From Gammaproteobacteria bacterium (lineage in GTDB: Bacteria; Pseudomonadota; Gammaproteobacteria; Pseudomonadales; Halieaceae): 64,000 nt of DNA. A program made the translations under genes and the position numbers. Shown one piece after another: positions 31,187 to 42,096 of the stretch. Under the pieces are notes generated by a model, which saw nothing but the letters and a program-made list of their open reading frames with translations, was not told the DNA's origin and searched no databases. Each line of letters opens with the position of its first letter. Positions within the stretch are counted from its first letter, which is position 1. The DNA lies in NCBI GenBank assembly GCA_030431585.1, contig JAUIIQ010000001.1, positions 7,878 to 71,877 on the forward strand. The letters run 5' to 3'.

Positions 31187-31606
31187 TCAGAGGTCGTGCT
31201 TTTCCAATTGATAACCGCGCTCCTGGTAAAAGCGCCAGGAACTGCGCAGCGCCTGGAGGCTGGTAGCATCCTGTGTGACTACTTCGGCAACGCGGGCAAA
31301 CCTGGAAAAAAAGGCGGGGATATCAAGTTGCAGGTTAATCAACAAATCCGTGTGTTTGCCCGGGTCCTGCCCCCAGCCGATGGCAATCTGCTCGGACTGA
31401 GGGTCGCCGGCCAGGGCATGAGGCAGGAAGCTGGCAGGGCGAAATCCCCACAGCAACTCGTCAAGCGCCTGCGCCTGGGGTTTGTCTGCTGCGTTGATGT
31501 ACACGCGGTGGCCCCGTGCGTAGGCCTTGTCCGCCAGACGTGCCGCCACGTGCAGGCGTTGGCCTGACTCGGCCGCCTGCACTACATAGAAACCAACGCG
31601 GGTCAC
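31187..31606 (-). CDS. holC: DNA polymerase III subunit chi
   Basis: TRVGFY, LDELLW, SFLPH motifs; GTG start overlapping pepA stop; pepA-holC-valS synteny. Confidence 0.93.
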   Translation of the reverse strand: MTRVGFYVVQAAESGQRLHVAARLADKAYARGHRVYINAADKPQAQALDELLWGFRPASFLPHALAGDPQSEQIAIGWGQDPGKHTDLLINLQLDIPAFFSRFARVAEVVTQDATSLQALRSSWRFYQERGYQLEKHDL

Positions 31607-33096
31607 CGCGCCTGGCTGCCGGAACGGTCCATGAGATAGCGGGTCAGCAGGCTGACCGGACGTCCTGTCGCGCCTTTGGGGGAGCTGTCCCAGGCTGAGC
31701 CGGCGATATCCAGGTGAGCCCAGTCGTACTTTTCGGCGAACTCCTTGAGGAAGCAGGCTGCGGTGACACTGCCACCACCGGGCCCACCTATATTGGCGAG
31801 ATCCGCGAAGTTGCTTTGCAGTTGCTTGCTGTACTCGTCCCACAGTGGCATCCGCCAGGCGCGGTCATGGCTCTCTACCCCGGCGCTCAGCAGTTGCTCC
31901 GCCAGTTCGTCCCTATTGGCGTACAGCCCGCTGGCATGGGAGCCCAGTGCCACCACGCAAGCCCCGGTGAGCGTGGCGATATCGATGACCGCCGCCGGCT
32001 TGAATCGCTCGACATAAGTAAGCGCATCGCACAGTACGAGTCGCCCCTCCGCATCGGTGTTGAGCACCTCGATAGTTTTACCAGCCATGCTGGTGACCAC
32101 ATCCCCCGGCTTGGTCGCCTTGCCGCTGGGCATGTTCTCCGCCGCCGCGACAACCGCAATCACGTTCAGCGGCAGGGCCATCTCGGTGATGGCGTGCATG
32201 GTGCCAAAGACGCTGGCGGCGCCGCCCATGTCGAACTTCATTTCGTCCATTTTTGCGCCGGGCTTGAGGGATATGCCGCCGCTGTCAAAAGTGATGCCTT
32301 TGCCTACCAGAACGTATGGTTGGTCACTTTTCTTGCCGCCGCTGTAATTCATCACAATGAGCTTTGCCGGCTCCTCGGTTCCCGCTGTCACTGACAACAG
32401 GGAGTGCATACCCAGCTCACGCATCTTCTTCTCTTCGAGGATCTGGACGCTGAGCTTGCTGTTGTCACGGCCCAGTTTGCGGGCCTGCCTCGCCAGGTAG
32501 CCTGGTGTGCAGACGTTGCCGGGCAGATCGGCCAGCTTGCGCGCCACGTTGACGCCGCGCCCGGTGGCGCTGCCCTGATCCAGTGCTCGCTGCGCGGGCG
32601 CTCTGGTCGCGGTGCTTACGACCACCCGTGCCAGCTTCAGCGCCGGCTTCGGTTTGGATACCGTCTCGGTGTAGCGGTAGGCACTGCTCTGCAAGGTGCG
32701 GGCGATCATCTCCAGCAACCAGGCCTCGTTCGCATCGCTGACCTTGAGGTGATCAAGCAACAGCAATGCATCTTTTGCGCTGGTGTCGTTAAGGCCGTTG
32801 TAGACGGTCTGCGCGAACTCTCGCGCCGCTGCCCGATCGAATTTCTTCTTCTCGCCACAGCCTACCAGCAGCAATCGCCTGGATTTTGCGGTCCCCGGCA
32901 GGAAAACGCGTTGCCCCGACCTGGCCTCAAAATCGCCCAGGTCCAGGCTCGCCTTGATAGCGCCGCCAGCCGACTTGTCCATCGCCGCGGCGGTTGCCGA
33001 CAACTTGGTGTCGCTGAACATCGGTAATACCGCGCACTGGCTGCTTGCGGTTGTTACATCGCTTATCTTACGGGCCGTAAACTTGATCGTGCTCAT
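31603..33096 (-). CDS. pepA: Leucyl aminopeptidase
   Basis: VGKGITFDSGG, MKFDMGG, NTDAEGRL, ATLTGA. Confidence 0.97.
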   Translation of the reverse strand: MSTIKFTARKISDVTTASSQCAVLPMFSDTKLSATAAAMDKSAGGAIKASLDLGDFEARSGQRVFLPGTAKSRRLLLVGCGEKKKFDRAAAREFAQTVYNGLNDTSAKDALLLLDHLKVSDANEAWLLEMIARTLQSSAYRYTETVSKPKPALKLARVVVSTATRAPAQRALDQGSATGRGVNVARKLADLPGNVCTPGYLARQARKLGRDNSKLSVQILEEKKMRELGMHSLLSVTAGTEEPAKLIVMNYSGGKKSDQPYVLVGKGITFDSGGISLKPGAKMDEMKFDMGGAASVFGTMHAITEMALPLNVIAVVAAAENMPSGKATKPGDVVTSMAGKTIEVLNTDAEGRLVLCDALTYVERFKPAAVIDIATLTGACVVALGSHASGLYANRDELAEQLLSAGVESHDRAWRMPLWDEYSKQLQSNFADLANIGGPGGGSVTAACFLKEFAEKYDWAHLDIAGSAWDSSPKGATGRPVSLLTRYLMDRSGSQAR

Positions 33097-33187
33097 GCTG
33101 ATTAACCTCGCTGAATCCAAGTTGGCTAGTGTATGATGTTGCGCACTCAAACCCAACCTCAAACGCTGAATTCAGACCACACCCGGC

Positions 33188-34297
33188 ATGAAAATTCTTG
33201 GCTATCTTACGCGCGACGTTCTCCTGCACATGGTGGCGGTGAGTTTTGTGCTGCTGGTGATTATTATCAGCGGCCGTTTCGTGAAATACCTGGCGGAGGC
33301 GGCAGTGGGTGATCTGGCTGCGGATATCCTGTTGCCGGTAATGGCCTACAGGCTGCCGGGCTTCCTGGAGTTGATCGTGCCGCTGGGGCTGTTCATAGGG
33401 ATTCTGATGTCATACGGGCGCCTCTATGTAGAGAGCGAGATGGTTATCCTTACTGCAACCGGCCTCAGCCCAACCCGGCTTGCTGCATACAGCCTGGTGC
33501 CCGCGGCCGTCGTCATGCTCGTCGTTGCTGCGCTCAGTCTTTGGGTGACTCCCCTGGGAGCGGCGCGCTCCGACGCGCTGCTGCACGCACCCGAGTCCTC
33601 ACAGGGGCTCAACACAGTTGCTGCGGGTCGATTCCAGACCAGGCGCAGTAACAATATGGTGAGTTATGCCCAGACTATTACCGCAGACGGCGTAATGCGC
33701 TCGGTGTTTCTCTCGCAGGGCAAGCGCGATGATGAGGGCGACCTGCGCATGCAGGTCACCGTGGCGCAAGAGGGTGAAGTGAAGTTTGATGTCGCAACCG
33801 GAGCGCGTTATCTCGAGTTGCGCAACGGGTATCGTTACGAAGGGTATCCGGGTGAGCTGGACTACAACATGGTGCAGTTCAAGCGGTTCGGGGAACTGAT
33901 ACCCGAGCCGGAGGGCGGTATTCGTACGGCTGACCCGGTAGATGGTCGCTCTACCCTGAAGTTGCTGGCATCCGGGAAAGCGGAAGACCGGGCGGCGCTG
34001 CACTGGCGGCTGTCGATACCTGCAATGGTGCCGGTGGTTGCCATTATCGCCCTGTGCATGAGCCGCACGGATCACCGCCGTGGTCGCTATGTGAAGATGG
34101 CGCCGGCGTTTCTTTTGTATCTGGGCTACCTGATGCTGCTGGCGAACGCTCGCTCGGCCATGGCTGAAGGTGAGGGCAGCGCGGCCGGCCTGTGGGTCGT
34201 TCACCTTGGCTTCCTCGCGCTCGCCCTCGCATTGCTTTACGGCCCCGGCATTCGCGGGCGGCTCAAGCACCGCAGGTATCTCAATGCGCAGGCTTGA
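33188..34297 (+). CDS. lptF: LPS export ABC transporter permease LptF
   Basis: GRLYVESEM motif, divergent from pepA. Confidence 0.93.
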   Translation: MKILGYLTRDVLLHMVAVSFVLLVIIISGRFVKYLAEAAVGDLAADILLPVMAYRLPGFLELIVPLGLFIGILMSYGRLYVESEMVILTATGLSPTRLAAYSLVPAAVVMLVVAALSLWVTPLGAARSDALLHAPESSQGLNTVAAGRFQTRRSNNMVSYAQTITADGVMRSVFLSQGKRDDEGDLRMQVTVAQEGEVKFDVATGARYLELRNGYRYEGYPGELDYNMVQFKRFGELIPEPEGGIRTADPVDGRSTLKLLASGKAEDRAALHWRLSIPAMVPVVAIIALCMSRTDHRRGRYVKMAPAFLLYLGYLMLLANARSAMAEGEGSAAGLWVVHLGFLALALALLYGPGIRGRLKHRRYLNAQA

Positions 34298-35345
34298 CCG
34301 CTATGTAGGCTGGACTGTTTTAGCCTCGATAGCGCTGGTGCTGGTGGTGATCACCGGCCTGGATGCCATTGCCGCCTTTATCGATGAAGCAGACGATATT
34401 TCCGAGACCTATACGTTCCTGCAGGTGAGCCTGTACATCCTGCTGACGTTGCCAGGGCGTTGCTATGAATACATGCCCTTTGCAGCATTGATCGGCTGCA
34501 TGCTGGGGCTTGGCCAGCTTGCTACCACCAGTGAGCTGGTGGTGATGCGTGCGGCTGGAGTGTCTACAGGTCGCCTGGTGTGGATTGCGATGAGGCCGGC
34601 AATATTGCTTGCTGTTCTTGGCTTTATGCTCGGTGAGTTCGTGGCACCCAAGGCGGATCAATGGGCGGAGACCCAGCGTGCGCTGGCGCAAAATCCGGAA
34701 GAGAGTTTTGCCGGGCGCCATGGCATCTGGAACCGGGAAGGGAATACGTTTCTTCATTTCAATGCCCTGGAAGCTGAAGGTGTGGTGCATGGCATAACGC
34801 TTCTGCAGTTTGATGACAACCTGGCCATGAGCACCTCGCTGCGGGCGAGGCTGGCACTGTACGAGGGGGATTACTGGACCATGAAAGACGTGGTGCAAAC
34901 CCGCTTCAGCAGTTGGCAGACCTCCCGTGAGAGGCACGACAGCCTGCGTTGGGATACCGGTATCACGCCGGAATTGCTCACCCTGGTGGTGGTAGAGCCG
35001 GATCAGTTACCGGTCCGGGATTTGTATCGTTACAGCCGTTACCTGCAGTTGCAGGGCTTGGATTCAGAGGACTACCAGTTGGCCCTGTGGCGCAAACTGC
35101 TGCAGCCGGCGGCCATCGGCGGCCTGGTACTGGTTGCCATTTCCTTTATTTTCGGTCCGTTGCGAGAAGGCACCATGGGTTTTCGTATTTTCGCGGGCGT
35201 TATTGTGGGGATCGTTTTTCGCACCAGTCAGGACCTGCTCGGACCTGCCAGTCTGGTATTTGGGTTCGCGCCTGTTTATGCCGCGCTGGTGCCGGTGCTG
35301 GTCTGTTTTCTGTTCGGTATGCTGCTACTCGCCCGGGCACGCTGA
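34284..35345 (+). CDS. lptG: LPS export ABC transporter permease LptG
   Basis: MRRLDRY, SELVVMRAAGVS, FIFGPLR. Confidence 0.93.
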   Translation: MRRLDRYVGWTVLASIALVLVVITGLDAIAAFIDEADDISETYTFLQVSLYILLTLPGRCYEYMPFAALIGCMLGLGQLATTSELVVMRAAGVSTGRLVWIAMRPAILLAVLGFMLGEFVAPKADQWAETQRALAQNPEESFAGRHGIWNREGNTFLHFNALEAEGVVHGITLLQFDDNLAMSTSLRARLALYEGDYWTMKDVVQTRFSSWQTSRERHDSLRWDTGITPELLTLVVVEPDQLPVRDLYRYSRYLQLQGLDSEDYQLALWRKLLQPAAIGGLVLVAISFIFGPLREGTMGFRIFAGVIVGIVFRTSQDLLGPASLVFGFAPVYAALVPVLVCFLFGMLLLARAR

Positions 35346-35367
35346 CAGTCGTGTGACGGGAATACCC

Positions 35368-35829
35368 TCAGCTCTTGTCGCGGCTGGACTTGGGCAGGAG
35401 GATCAGCTCGGTACCGGACAGGTAATCGTGCCAGTAGCGTCCGTTGCGGTCCACCAGCTTCCACAAATAGCCCAGCCCAAGACAGCCCGCGGAAAGTGCT
35501 GCCGCTGCGCAGCGCAGTATCGCCTGGCTGAATTTCATCTCGCTGCCATCCATGGTAACCAGTTTTATGCGCCACGCCTGCATGCCCAGGGTCTGCCCGT
35601 TTTGTAACCAGAAAGCACTGTAAAAGCCGAGCAAAGAGAGTACTACAAGAGCTTGCCCAAGCTGGGGGTCGAGTACTTCCTGCTCGCCGCCGCTGATCTT
35701 CACCACGGCTGCCAGCGCAATGGCATAGACAACAAACACCAGCGCAATGACCAGCAGTGCATCGTAGACCATGGATATCAGGTGTCGCAGCAGCGAGGGA
35801 GCTGGCAGTTTTTCAGTTGCTTCATTCAT
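35368..35829 (-). CDS. RDD family protein
   Basis: YD motif, GQTLGMQAWRI, WHDYLSGT. Confidence 0.88.
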   Translation of the reverse strand: MNEATEKLPAPSLLRHLISMVYDALLVIALVFVVYAIALAAVVKISGGEQEVLDPQLGQALVVLSLLGFYSAFWLQNGQTLGMQAWRIKLVTMDGSEMKFSQAILRCAAAALSAGCLGLGYLWKLVDRNGRYWHDYLSGTELILLPKSSRDKS

Positions 35830-35941
35830 GGGCGGTAAGTCTATCACCAAACGAGGTGCTGGCAGCCACAGCTTGTCGCCTGCTGTGTTTTGGGCCGGCC
35901 TCGGCACGTGCTACATTCTATGCGCAAGGGGATCAGATGAA

Positions 35942-36631
35942 ATGAATATTCTACTGGTGGAAGACGACGCTGCGGTGGCTGAATTTATCGCCACCGAGCT
36001 GACGCGTGCGGGGTGCCGTCACACCTTGTGCGGCGATGGAGACCTGGCCTACGACCTGGCCAGGAAGCAGCAGTTCGATGTCTGGGTGGTCGATCGCATG
36101 CTGCCCGGACGTGATGGCCTTAGTCTGATTCGCGATCTGCGCAGTGTCGGCGATACGACGCCGGCATTGATTCTCAGTGCACTGGGTGAAGTCGATGACC
36201 GGGTGCAGGGGCTGCGCTGCGGCGCTGATGACTACCTGGTCAAGCCATTTGCTATTGACGAACTGCTCGCCAGGCTGCAGGTGTTGCGCCGCCGAGCGTC
36301 GGCCAGTGCCGAAGTGGAAACCCGGCTGCAGGTGGCTGATCTGGAAATGGATCTGTTGCAACAGGAAGTGACCCGCGGTGGCCAGGTCGTAGCGTTGCAG
36401 CCACGTGAGTACCGGTTGCTGGAGTACCTGATGCGTCATGCCGGGCAGGTGGTGACCAGAGCCATGTTGCTGGAACATGTATGGGGCTACAGTTTTGACC
36501 CGCAAACCAATGTTATCGATGTGCACGTGTCCCGTCTGCGGCAAAAGATAGACAAGACGTTTGACGTTCCATTGCTGGCTACGGTGCGCGGCGTAGGCTA
36601 CTGCCTGGCCGCGGACGAGGAAGCGCAGTGA
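35942..36631 (+). CDS. OmpR-family response regulator
   Basis: ILLVEDD, DRMLP, GADDYLVKPF, NVIDVHVSRLRQK, TVRGVGY. Confidence 0.95.
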   Translation: MNILLVEDDAAVAEFIATELTRAGCRHTLCGDGDLAYDLARKQQFDVWVVDRMLPGRDGLSLIRDLRSVGDTTPALILSALGEVDDRVQGLRCGADDYLVKPFAIDELLARLQVLRRRASASAEVETRLQVADLEMDLLQQEVTRGGQVVALQPREYRLLEYLMRHAGQVVTRAMLLEHVWGYSFDPQTNVIDVHVSRLRQKIDKTFDVPLLATVRGVGYCLAADEEAQ

Positions 36632-37998
36632 GGGTTCGGGAGGTTGTCAGCAGCCTCACCTTTCGCTTCATCGCTCGCTATGTGTTGGTATTGAGCGCCA
36701 CCGTCACGCTGATTGTGGTGGGCATGTATTCGTTCTACAGCTACAACTACTTTAGCTCTCTGTCGCGCAGTATCATGGAAGAGCAGCAGACGCTGAACCT
36801 GGTCTATGAAGGTCAGTCTCTTGCGGGGGTTGAGCAGTACGTGCGTGACCAGGGCCAGTCGCAGATGATTGATCATTTCTACTACCTGGTGAGCGATGAC
36901 CAGGGCAACAAGGTTGCCGGTGATCTTCCTGCCGCCACAGCCTACCGGGAATTTGAGGGCGGCTGGCTGGGCTTTGAGTTGGCGATGCTGGAGTGGGGCA
37001 AGTCTGTCGATCTTGAATTCCTGGCCAGGGAGGTTGTGCTGGGGGAACAGTACCGGGTGTTGGTTGCACGCAGTTATCAGGAGGCGGTAGCGCAGGGACG
37101 CCTGGTACTGCATACGCTGGTCCGCACCATGCTGGTGACAATCATTCTGGGCCTTGTCGGGGGGTATTTCGCTGCAGCGCGAAGTCTGCAGCGCTTTGAG
37201 TGGCTCGGGCGAGAGATGACCCGCATTGTGCGTGGCAATCCCTCCCAGCGCCTGCATGCCGAGGCCGAGAAAGGGCAGGTAAGAGAGCTCGCTCAGGTTA
37301 TCAATGCGATGCTCGACCAAACTGAATTGTTAATGCATGGTGTGCGCAGCGTCTCCGACAATATAGCGCACGACCTGCGTACTCCCCTGGCACGGCTGCG
37401 CAACCGGCTCAGTCAACTGGGTCAGGAGTTACCGCCGCAGCATGCCGAATCCGTCGCGCAACTGATGGGGGATTGCGATGCGCTGTTGGCTTCATTCAAC
37501 GCCGTACTGCGTATCTCTGCGCTGGAGGCCGGAAGTCGATACAGCGGGGACGCGCAGGTCGATTTGCGTCAGTTGCTGAAGGACGCGGTAGAGCTTTATG
37601 ACCCCCTGGCTCAGGAGAAGGCGATCGACCTCACCATCGATGCACTGCCTGCCGCCAACTGTCGCGGCGAGGCTGACCTGCTGTTTCAGCTGTTGGCCAA
37701 TGTGCTGGACAATGCGATCAAGTATACCCCCGGCGGCGGTACGGTGAGGGTCAGTCTGGCGCCGGCTGCCAGCGGAGAGGGCTACCAGGTGGTGATTGCC
37801 GATAGTGGCCCGGGTATTTCGTCCGAGCACTGGGGTGATGTGTTCAGGCGCTTCTACAGGGTTGAGCCCAGCCGTTCAGCGCTCCCCGGGCACGGCCTTG
37901 GCCTGAGCATGGCCAGGGCGATCGCCCAGTACCATGGTGGCGATATCGACCTTGAGGATAACGCGCCAGGGCTGCGGGTGATCATTAAGCTGCCCTAG
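36628..37998 (+). CDS. HAMP-domain sensor histidine kinase
   Basis: IAHDLRTPL H-box, NVLDNAIKY, DSGPG, GLGL. Confidence 0.95.
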   Translation: MRVREVVSSLTFRFIARYVLVLSATVTLIVVGMYSFYSYNYFSSLSRSIMEEQQTLNLVYEGQSLAGVEQYVRDQGQSQMIDHFYYLVSDDQGNKVAGDLPAATAYREFEGGWLGFELAMLEWGKSVDLEFLAREVVLGEQYRVLVARSYQEAVAQGRLVLHTLVRTMLVTIILGLVGGYFAAARSLQRFEWLGREMTRIVRGNPSQRLHAEAEKGQVRELAQVINAMLDQTELLMHGVRSVSDNIAHDLRTPLARLRNRLSQLGQELPPQHAESVAQLMGDCDALLASFNAVLRISALEAGSRYSGDAQVDLRQLLKDAVELYDPLAQEKAIDLTIDALPAANCRGEADLLFQLLANVLDNAIKYTPGGGTVRVSLAPAASGEGYQVVIADSGPGISSEHWGDVFRRFYRVEPSRSALPGHGLGLSMARAIAQYHGGDIDLEDNAPGLRVIIKLP

Positions 37999-38792
37999 TC
38001 CTGCAGGGAGATGTGTTGCGTATCCGGCGCTGCGGGTGTGGCCTTGTTGCGGTATTTCTCTTCCAGCACATCGGCCCCCTCGGCGGCAAGATCCATGGCT
38101 GACAGATCCATTGGCGGTGCCTCGGGCGGGGGAGGGGCGCAATCGCTGAAATCAGTTCCCTCTGGAGACAAGCCCAGGCTGTCAGTATTGGGATTGAGCG
38201 GTGCCTCATTCCGGGGAAGCGTGGGAATGGTATCGCCCACATCACCCATTGCCAGGTGTTGCGTGTCCGGTGCCGGCGGTGCTGGCTCGGACTCAGGGGC
38301 CAGGCGGCCGCCGCTGGCGGCAATACCCAGGGCCGATGTGTCGATGTCTGCGACCACCGCCTGCCTGCGCTCCTCCGGGCGCAGTATGTCTGCACCCACG
38401 GGCTCGAGTTGCCAGCCGGTTTCTTCGTCGATTTCCGGCTCTGGCTGCGACGGTTCTGTGCTGGCGATACTGACATCGGGTGCTGCGGCCAGCGCGGCCA
38501 CACGCTCTGCGGTGGTGAGTTTACGCTCCGGCTGGGGCTCCGCCGGTGCTGATTCCGCCGGTCTGACGACCTTGACCACCGGCCGCGCGCCGGCGTTTTC
38601 CATAGCCTGTTTGTACTGCAGCGCGGTGGCCTTGTCGCATTCTCGCTTGACCAGTTGCTCGCTGCCGCTGAATAACTTGTCCAGGGTGGCGTCGTTGGCC
38701 TTGAACAAGGCGCGCAGTTTTTCCCTGACGACGTCAACCTGCTGCCCTGCCAGGACTTCACCCGCGTAGTACACGTTATAGCGCGATGTCAT
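37995..38792 (-). CDS. Conserved hypothetical protein with C-terminal acidic/Pro-rich repeats
   Basis: Folded-looking N-terminal domain (YNVYYAGE..LFK..LFSG..VKR) followed by about 26-aa repeats; GGAGG RBS. Confidence 0.75.
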   Translation of the reverse strand: MTSRYNVYYAGEVLAGQQVDVVREKLRALFKANDATLDKLFSGSEQLVKRECDKATALQYKQAMENAGARPVVKVVRPAESAPAEPQPERKLTTAERVAALAAAPDVSIASTEPSQPEPEIDEETGWQLEPVGADILRPEERRQAVVADIDTSALGIAASGGRLAPESEPAPPAPDTQHLAMGDVGDTIPTLPRNEAPLNPNTDSLGLSPEGTDFSDCAPPPPEAPPMDLSAMDLAAEGADVLEEKYRNKATPAAPDTQHISLQD

Positions 38793-38907
38793 AGCCAGCC
38801 TCCCCGCATGTTTTCAGGCAAGTATACGCTGATTGTTTTGTCTGGTCTTGTCGTCACCGGGGGCGGGTCTGTTACTATCTGCCGCATGTTTCACAGCCTG
38901 ATGTGCC

Positions 38908-39957
38908 ATGAGCGACCGCGTCCCCACACGATTTATGAAAACCCTGCTGCGTATGGTGGGAGACCGGGGTTATGACTTTTCCGCAGTGCTGACAGAGGCA
39001 GGCCTGGATTTCGATCCGCTGGACGAAACCTCGTCCTCCTACCGGCCGGAAGTGAGCGCCATGCAGTACTCCCGTGTCTACCAGCACGTGCTGAGCCTGT
39101 TGCAGGATGAAACCTTCGGTGTGACCGGCAGCCAACTGGTTGCCCCCGGGGCGTTTCGCATGATGTGCTATTGCGTCATTTCCTGCGAGAACCTGGGCCA
39201 GGCTATCTCCCGCACCTCAGAGTTCTACCGCACATTTTTTGATGAACGCAGCCAGTTGTACGCTAATTTCAGCCAGCAGTTTGCCCGGGTAGGCTACCGT
39301 CAGCTTGATCGCAGCAAAAGGGTCCAGGTGGGGGTGGCAGATGGCTACGGCCTGTCCATGTGGCACCGATTTTTCGGCTGGTTGTCCGGGCGGCCAATCG
39401 AGCTGCAACGGGTCGACTTCACCGGTGCGCCCCCGGATAACCCGGAAAAGTACGAGGAACTGTTCCGGTGCCCGATCTATTTCAACCAGTCCATGGACTT
39501 GCTCTACTTCGATAGCGCATGCCTTGCCTGGCCCATTGTCCATACCCAGTACTCGTTGGAAGAATTCCTGCGCACGGCGCCCTATCAGATGCTGATCATG
39601 GACAATGACCCGGATGGCAACAATCTGTCCGCGCAGGTGAAAGCGATGATCGGCCATGATTTCAGCGAGGGCTTCCCCGGTTTCGAGATGATCAGCAGTG
39701 CGCTGAATATGTCTGCACCGACCCTGCGCAGAAGACTGAAGCGGGAGGGCACCACGTTCCAGCAGTTGAAAGACGATGCCCGCTGCGAAGCGGCGAAGCT
39801 GTGCCTTAACCGGCGTGACCTGTCCATTAACGAGGTGGCCCTGCAGATGGGTTTTACCGACCCCAGCGCTTTTCATCGCTCGTTCAAGAAATGGACCGGG
39901 CAAACTCCCGGCCAGTTTCGCAGCGGGTTGCGAAAAGATGGGCCTGCTCGCGTATAA
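38908..39957 (+). CDS. AraC family regulator (OruR-like)
   Basis: MSAPTLRRRLKREG..F, LQMGFTDPSAFHRSFKKWTGQTP. Confidence 0.93.
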   Translation: MSDRVPTRFMKTLLRMVGDRGYDFSAVLTEAGLDFDPLDETSSSYRPEVSAMQYSRVYQHVLSLLQDETFGVTGSQLVAPGAFRMMCYCVISCENLGQAISRTSEFYRTFFDERSQLYANFSQQFARVGYRQLDRSKRVQVGVADGYGLSMWHRFFGWLSGRPIELQRVDFTGAPPDNPEKYEELFRCPIYFNQSMDLLYFDSACLAWPIVHTQYSLEEFLRTAPYQMLIMDNDPDGNNLSAQVKAMIGHDFSEGFPGFEMISSALNMSAPTLRRRLKREGTTFQQLKDDARCEAAKLCLNRRDLSINEVALQMGFTDPSAFHRSFKKWTGQTPGQFRSGLRKDGPARV

Positions 39958-39984
39958 TGTCCCTCCTTTTTTGGAGGTATTCTT

Positions 39985-40308
39985 ATGCTCGTCCAGCAGG
40001 AAATACAGGAAACGCTTGAGCAGCAACTGCAGCCCGATGTGCTGGAAGTGGTCAATGAAAGCCATATGCACAGCGTTCCCCCTGATTCAGAGACCCATTT
40101 CAAGGTAGTCATTGTTGCCAGCGCGTTCGAGGGCAAGCGCAAAGTGGGCCGGCATCAGCAGGTGTATGGCGCGTTGGCCAGTCAGTTGGCCGGGCCGGTA
40201 CACGCCCTGGCACTGCATACCTACACGCCACAGGAATGGGCGCAGCGAGAGCAGCAGGCTCCCGTCTCGCCAGACTGCATGGGCGGGTCAAGTGCGGAGG
40301 TCTCCTGA
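39985..40308 (+). CDS. bolA: BolA family protein
   Basis: NESHMHSVP, ETHFKV, RHQQVY, HALALH. Confidence 0.92.
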   Translation: MLVQQEIQETLEQQLQPDVLEVVNESHMHSVPPDSETHFKVVIVASAFEGKRKVGRHQQVYGALASQLAGPVHALALHTYTPQEWAQREQQAPVSPDCMGGSSAEVS

Positions 40309-40311
40309 GCA

Positions 40312-41283
40312 ATGTCAGATATAGTAGTCGCTGCGCTGTACCGCTTCGTCACCCTCGATAATTATCGGGAACTGCGGGAACCTCTGCTGGATTGTTGCCT
40401 GGAAGCGGGTGTGAAAGGCACTTTATTGCTCGCCTCTGAGGGCATAAACGGCACCATAGCCGGAACCCGGGCGGGGATAGACAAGGTATTGGCCTACCTG
40501 CGTGCCGATCCGCGTCTGGCCGAGCTGGAGCACAAGGAGTCACACGACGAGGAAATGCCCTTCTACCGGATTAAAGTCAAGTTAAAGCGGGAAATCGTCA
40601 CCATGGGTGTGGAGGGCATAGACCCCAATCTTGTCGTGGGCACCTACGTCAAGCCGCGGGACTGGAACGCGCTGATTAACGACCCTGAGGTGTTGTTGAT
40701 AGACACTCGCAACGAGTACGAATACAGCATTGGTACGTTCCATGGGGCCCAGGACCCTCATACCACCAGCTTCCGCGACTTTCCGGCCTATGTGCGGGAA
40801 AACCTGGATCCCGGGCGCAACAAGAAGGTGGCTATGTTCTGCACCGGCGGCATCCGCTGTGAGAAAGCCTCCGCGTTTATGTTGCAAGAGGGGTTTGAAG
40901 AGGTGTATCACTTGCAGGGAGGCATCCTCAAGTACCTGGAAGAGGTGCCGGAGGAGGACAGCACCTGGGAGGGTGAGTGCTTCGTGTTTGACAACAGGGT
41001 GGCGGTCAATCATCAGCTGGAGAAAGGTCGTTACGACCAGTGCTATGGCTGTCGCATGCCGATCACGGAGGAGGACAAGCGCTCGGAGAAGTATTGCAAA
41101 GGTGTGTGCTGTCCGCATTGTCACGACAGCTTGAGCGCGGAGCAGGTTGCGCGTTTCAGTGAGCGACAAAAACAAATGGAGCTGGCGGCGGCTCGCGGTG
41201 AGCAACACGTAGGAGCACCGCCGCCTGAGCGACAGCACAGCTCACACGATACTATTGCAGATAGCGACCAAGCGTCCCGCTGA
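40312..41283 (+). CDS. trhO: tRNA uridine(34) hydroxylase TrhO (rhodanese-related)
   Basis: [41 protein letters not shown]. Confidence 0.92.
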   Translation: MSDIVVAALYRFVTLDNYRELREPLLDCCLEAGVKGTLLLASEGINGTIAGTRAGIDKVLAYLRADPRLAELEHKESHDEEMPFYRIKVKLKREIVTMGVEGIDPNLVVGTYVKPRDWNALINDPEVLLIDTRNEYEYSIGTFHGAQDPHTTSFRDFPAYVRENLDPGRNKKVAMFCTGGIRCEKASAFMLQEGFEEVYHLQGGILKYLEEVPEEDSTWEGECFVFDNRVAVNHQLEKGRYDQCYGCRMPITEEDKRSEKYCKGVCCPHCHDSLSAEQVARFSERQKQMELAAARGEQHVGAPPPERQHSSHDTIADSDQASR

Positions 41284-41980
41284 AGCCGGCCACCGGAACA
41301 AACAGGCTGATACCCTGGCTGTCCCCGCGTGAGATCACACCGCTCAGCTGCGCTTTGCCCTCAGCGTTCACTTGTATGACCGCCCCTCCAGAGGCGCCTT
41401 TGTAGGCACGGCAGTTGCTGGCGCTTTCCCTCTGCGCCTGGCGAGTGATGCGACAGTCAGCATGGTAGGTCAGCACAGCGCCATCCTCGCCCAGGCCCTG
41501 GTCACCGGAGTAGCCGGCCATGGTCACGGTACGCGTCTGGTCCGCGCGCCCCGACTGGGGCACCAGGGCAGGGGCCGTGTCCCGGGGTATGGCCTGGAAC
41601 AGCTTCAGCACGGCCCAGTCAGCATGCATGCCTCCCCCGTCCGCGACTCTATAGGCCTCACGCGTCACCACCGCTCCCGACCCCAGGTTGAGCGTGAAGG
41701 TAATCGGACGTGACAGGTCGCTGTAGAACTCCAGGCAATGCCAGGCGGTGACAATGGTGCTGGCGCGGTCGCTGCCCGCCTTCGCCACCAGCGTCGCCGA
41801 GCAGTTTTCCTGCTGGTGCCTGCCATAACCCTGGTGATAAGTCTGACCCGGGACATGCAGCTTGCCCACGGCGCGCAACCAGGGAGGGGAGTCATGGTGA
41901 CTGTAGACCTGGCGTTGTTCGGCCTGCAGGGCAACAGGGCTGCCGCACAGCACGGCCAGCGCGACTGGGATGAGTCTCAT
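41252..41980 (-). CDS. Secreted trypsin-like serine protease
   Basis: Signal peptide; TAWHC, DWA, GASGG catalytic triad motifs. Confidence 0.85.
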   Translation of the reverse strand: MRLIPVALAVLCGSPVALQAEQRQVYSHHDSPPWLRAVGKLHVPGQTYHQGYGRHQQENCSATLVAKAGSDRASTIVTAWHCLEFYSDLSRPITFTLNLGSGAVVTREAYRVADGGGMHADWAVLKLFQAIPRDTAPALVPQSGRADQTRTVTMAGYSGDQGLGEDGAVLTYHADCRITRQAQRESASNCRAYKGASGGAVIQVNAEGKAQLSGVISRGDSQGISLFVPVAGFSGTLGRYLQ

Positions 41981-42096
41981 GGGCGGAAATTTCACCGTGG
42001 GTTAACAAGTTGGCCAGCCGCCATGGTAATCGGCTTGGCCGCGGCCGTCACCAGTCGGTAGGATGAACCCATGCCAGTCAGCCAGGGTTCGGAAAC

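Noticed and set aside
31187-31843. Long N-terminal extensions in the ORF track (holC, also tatD, lptG, amnB and the response regulator)
   Set aside because: They overlap upstream genes. Downstream starts with RBS or stop/start coupling fit the family lengths better.
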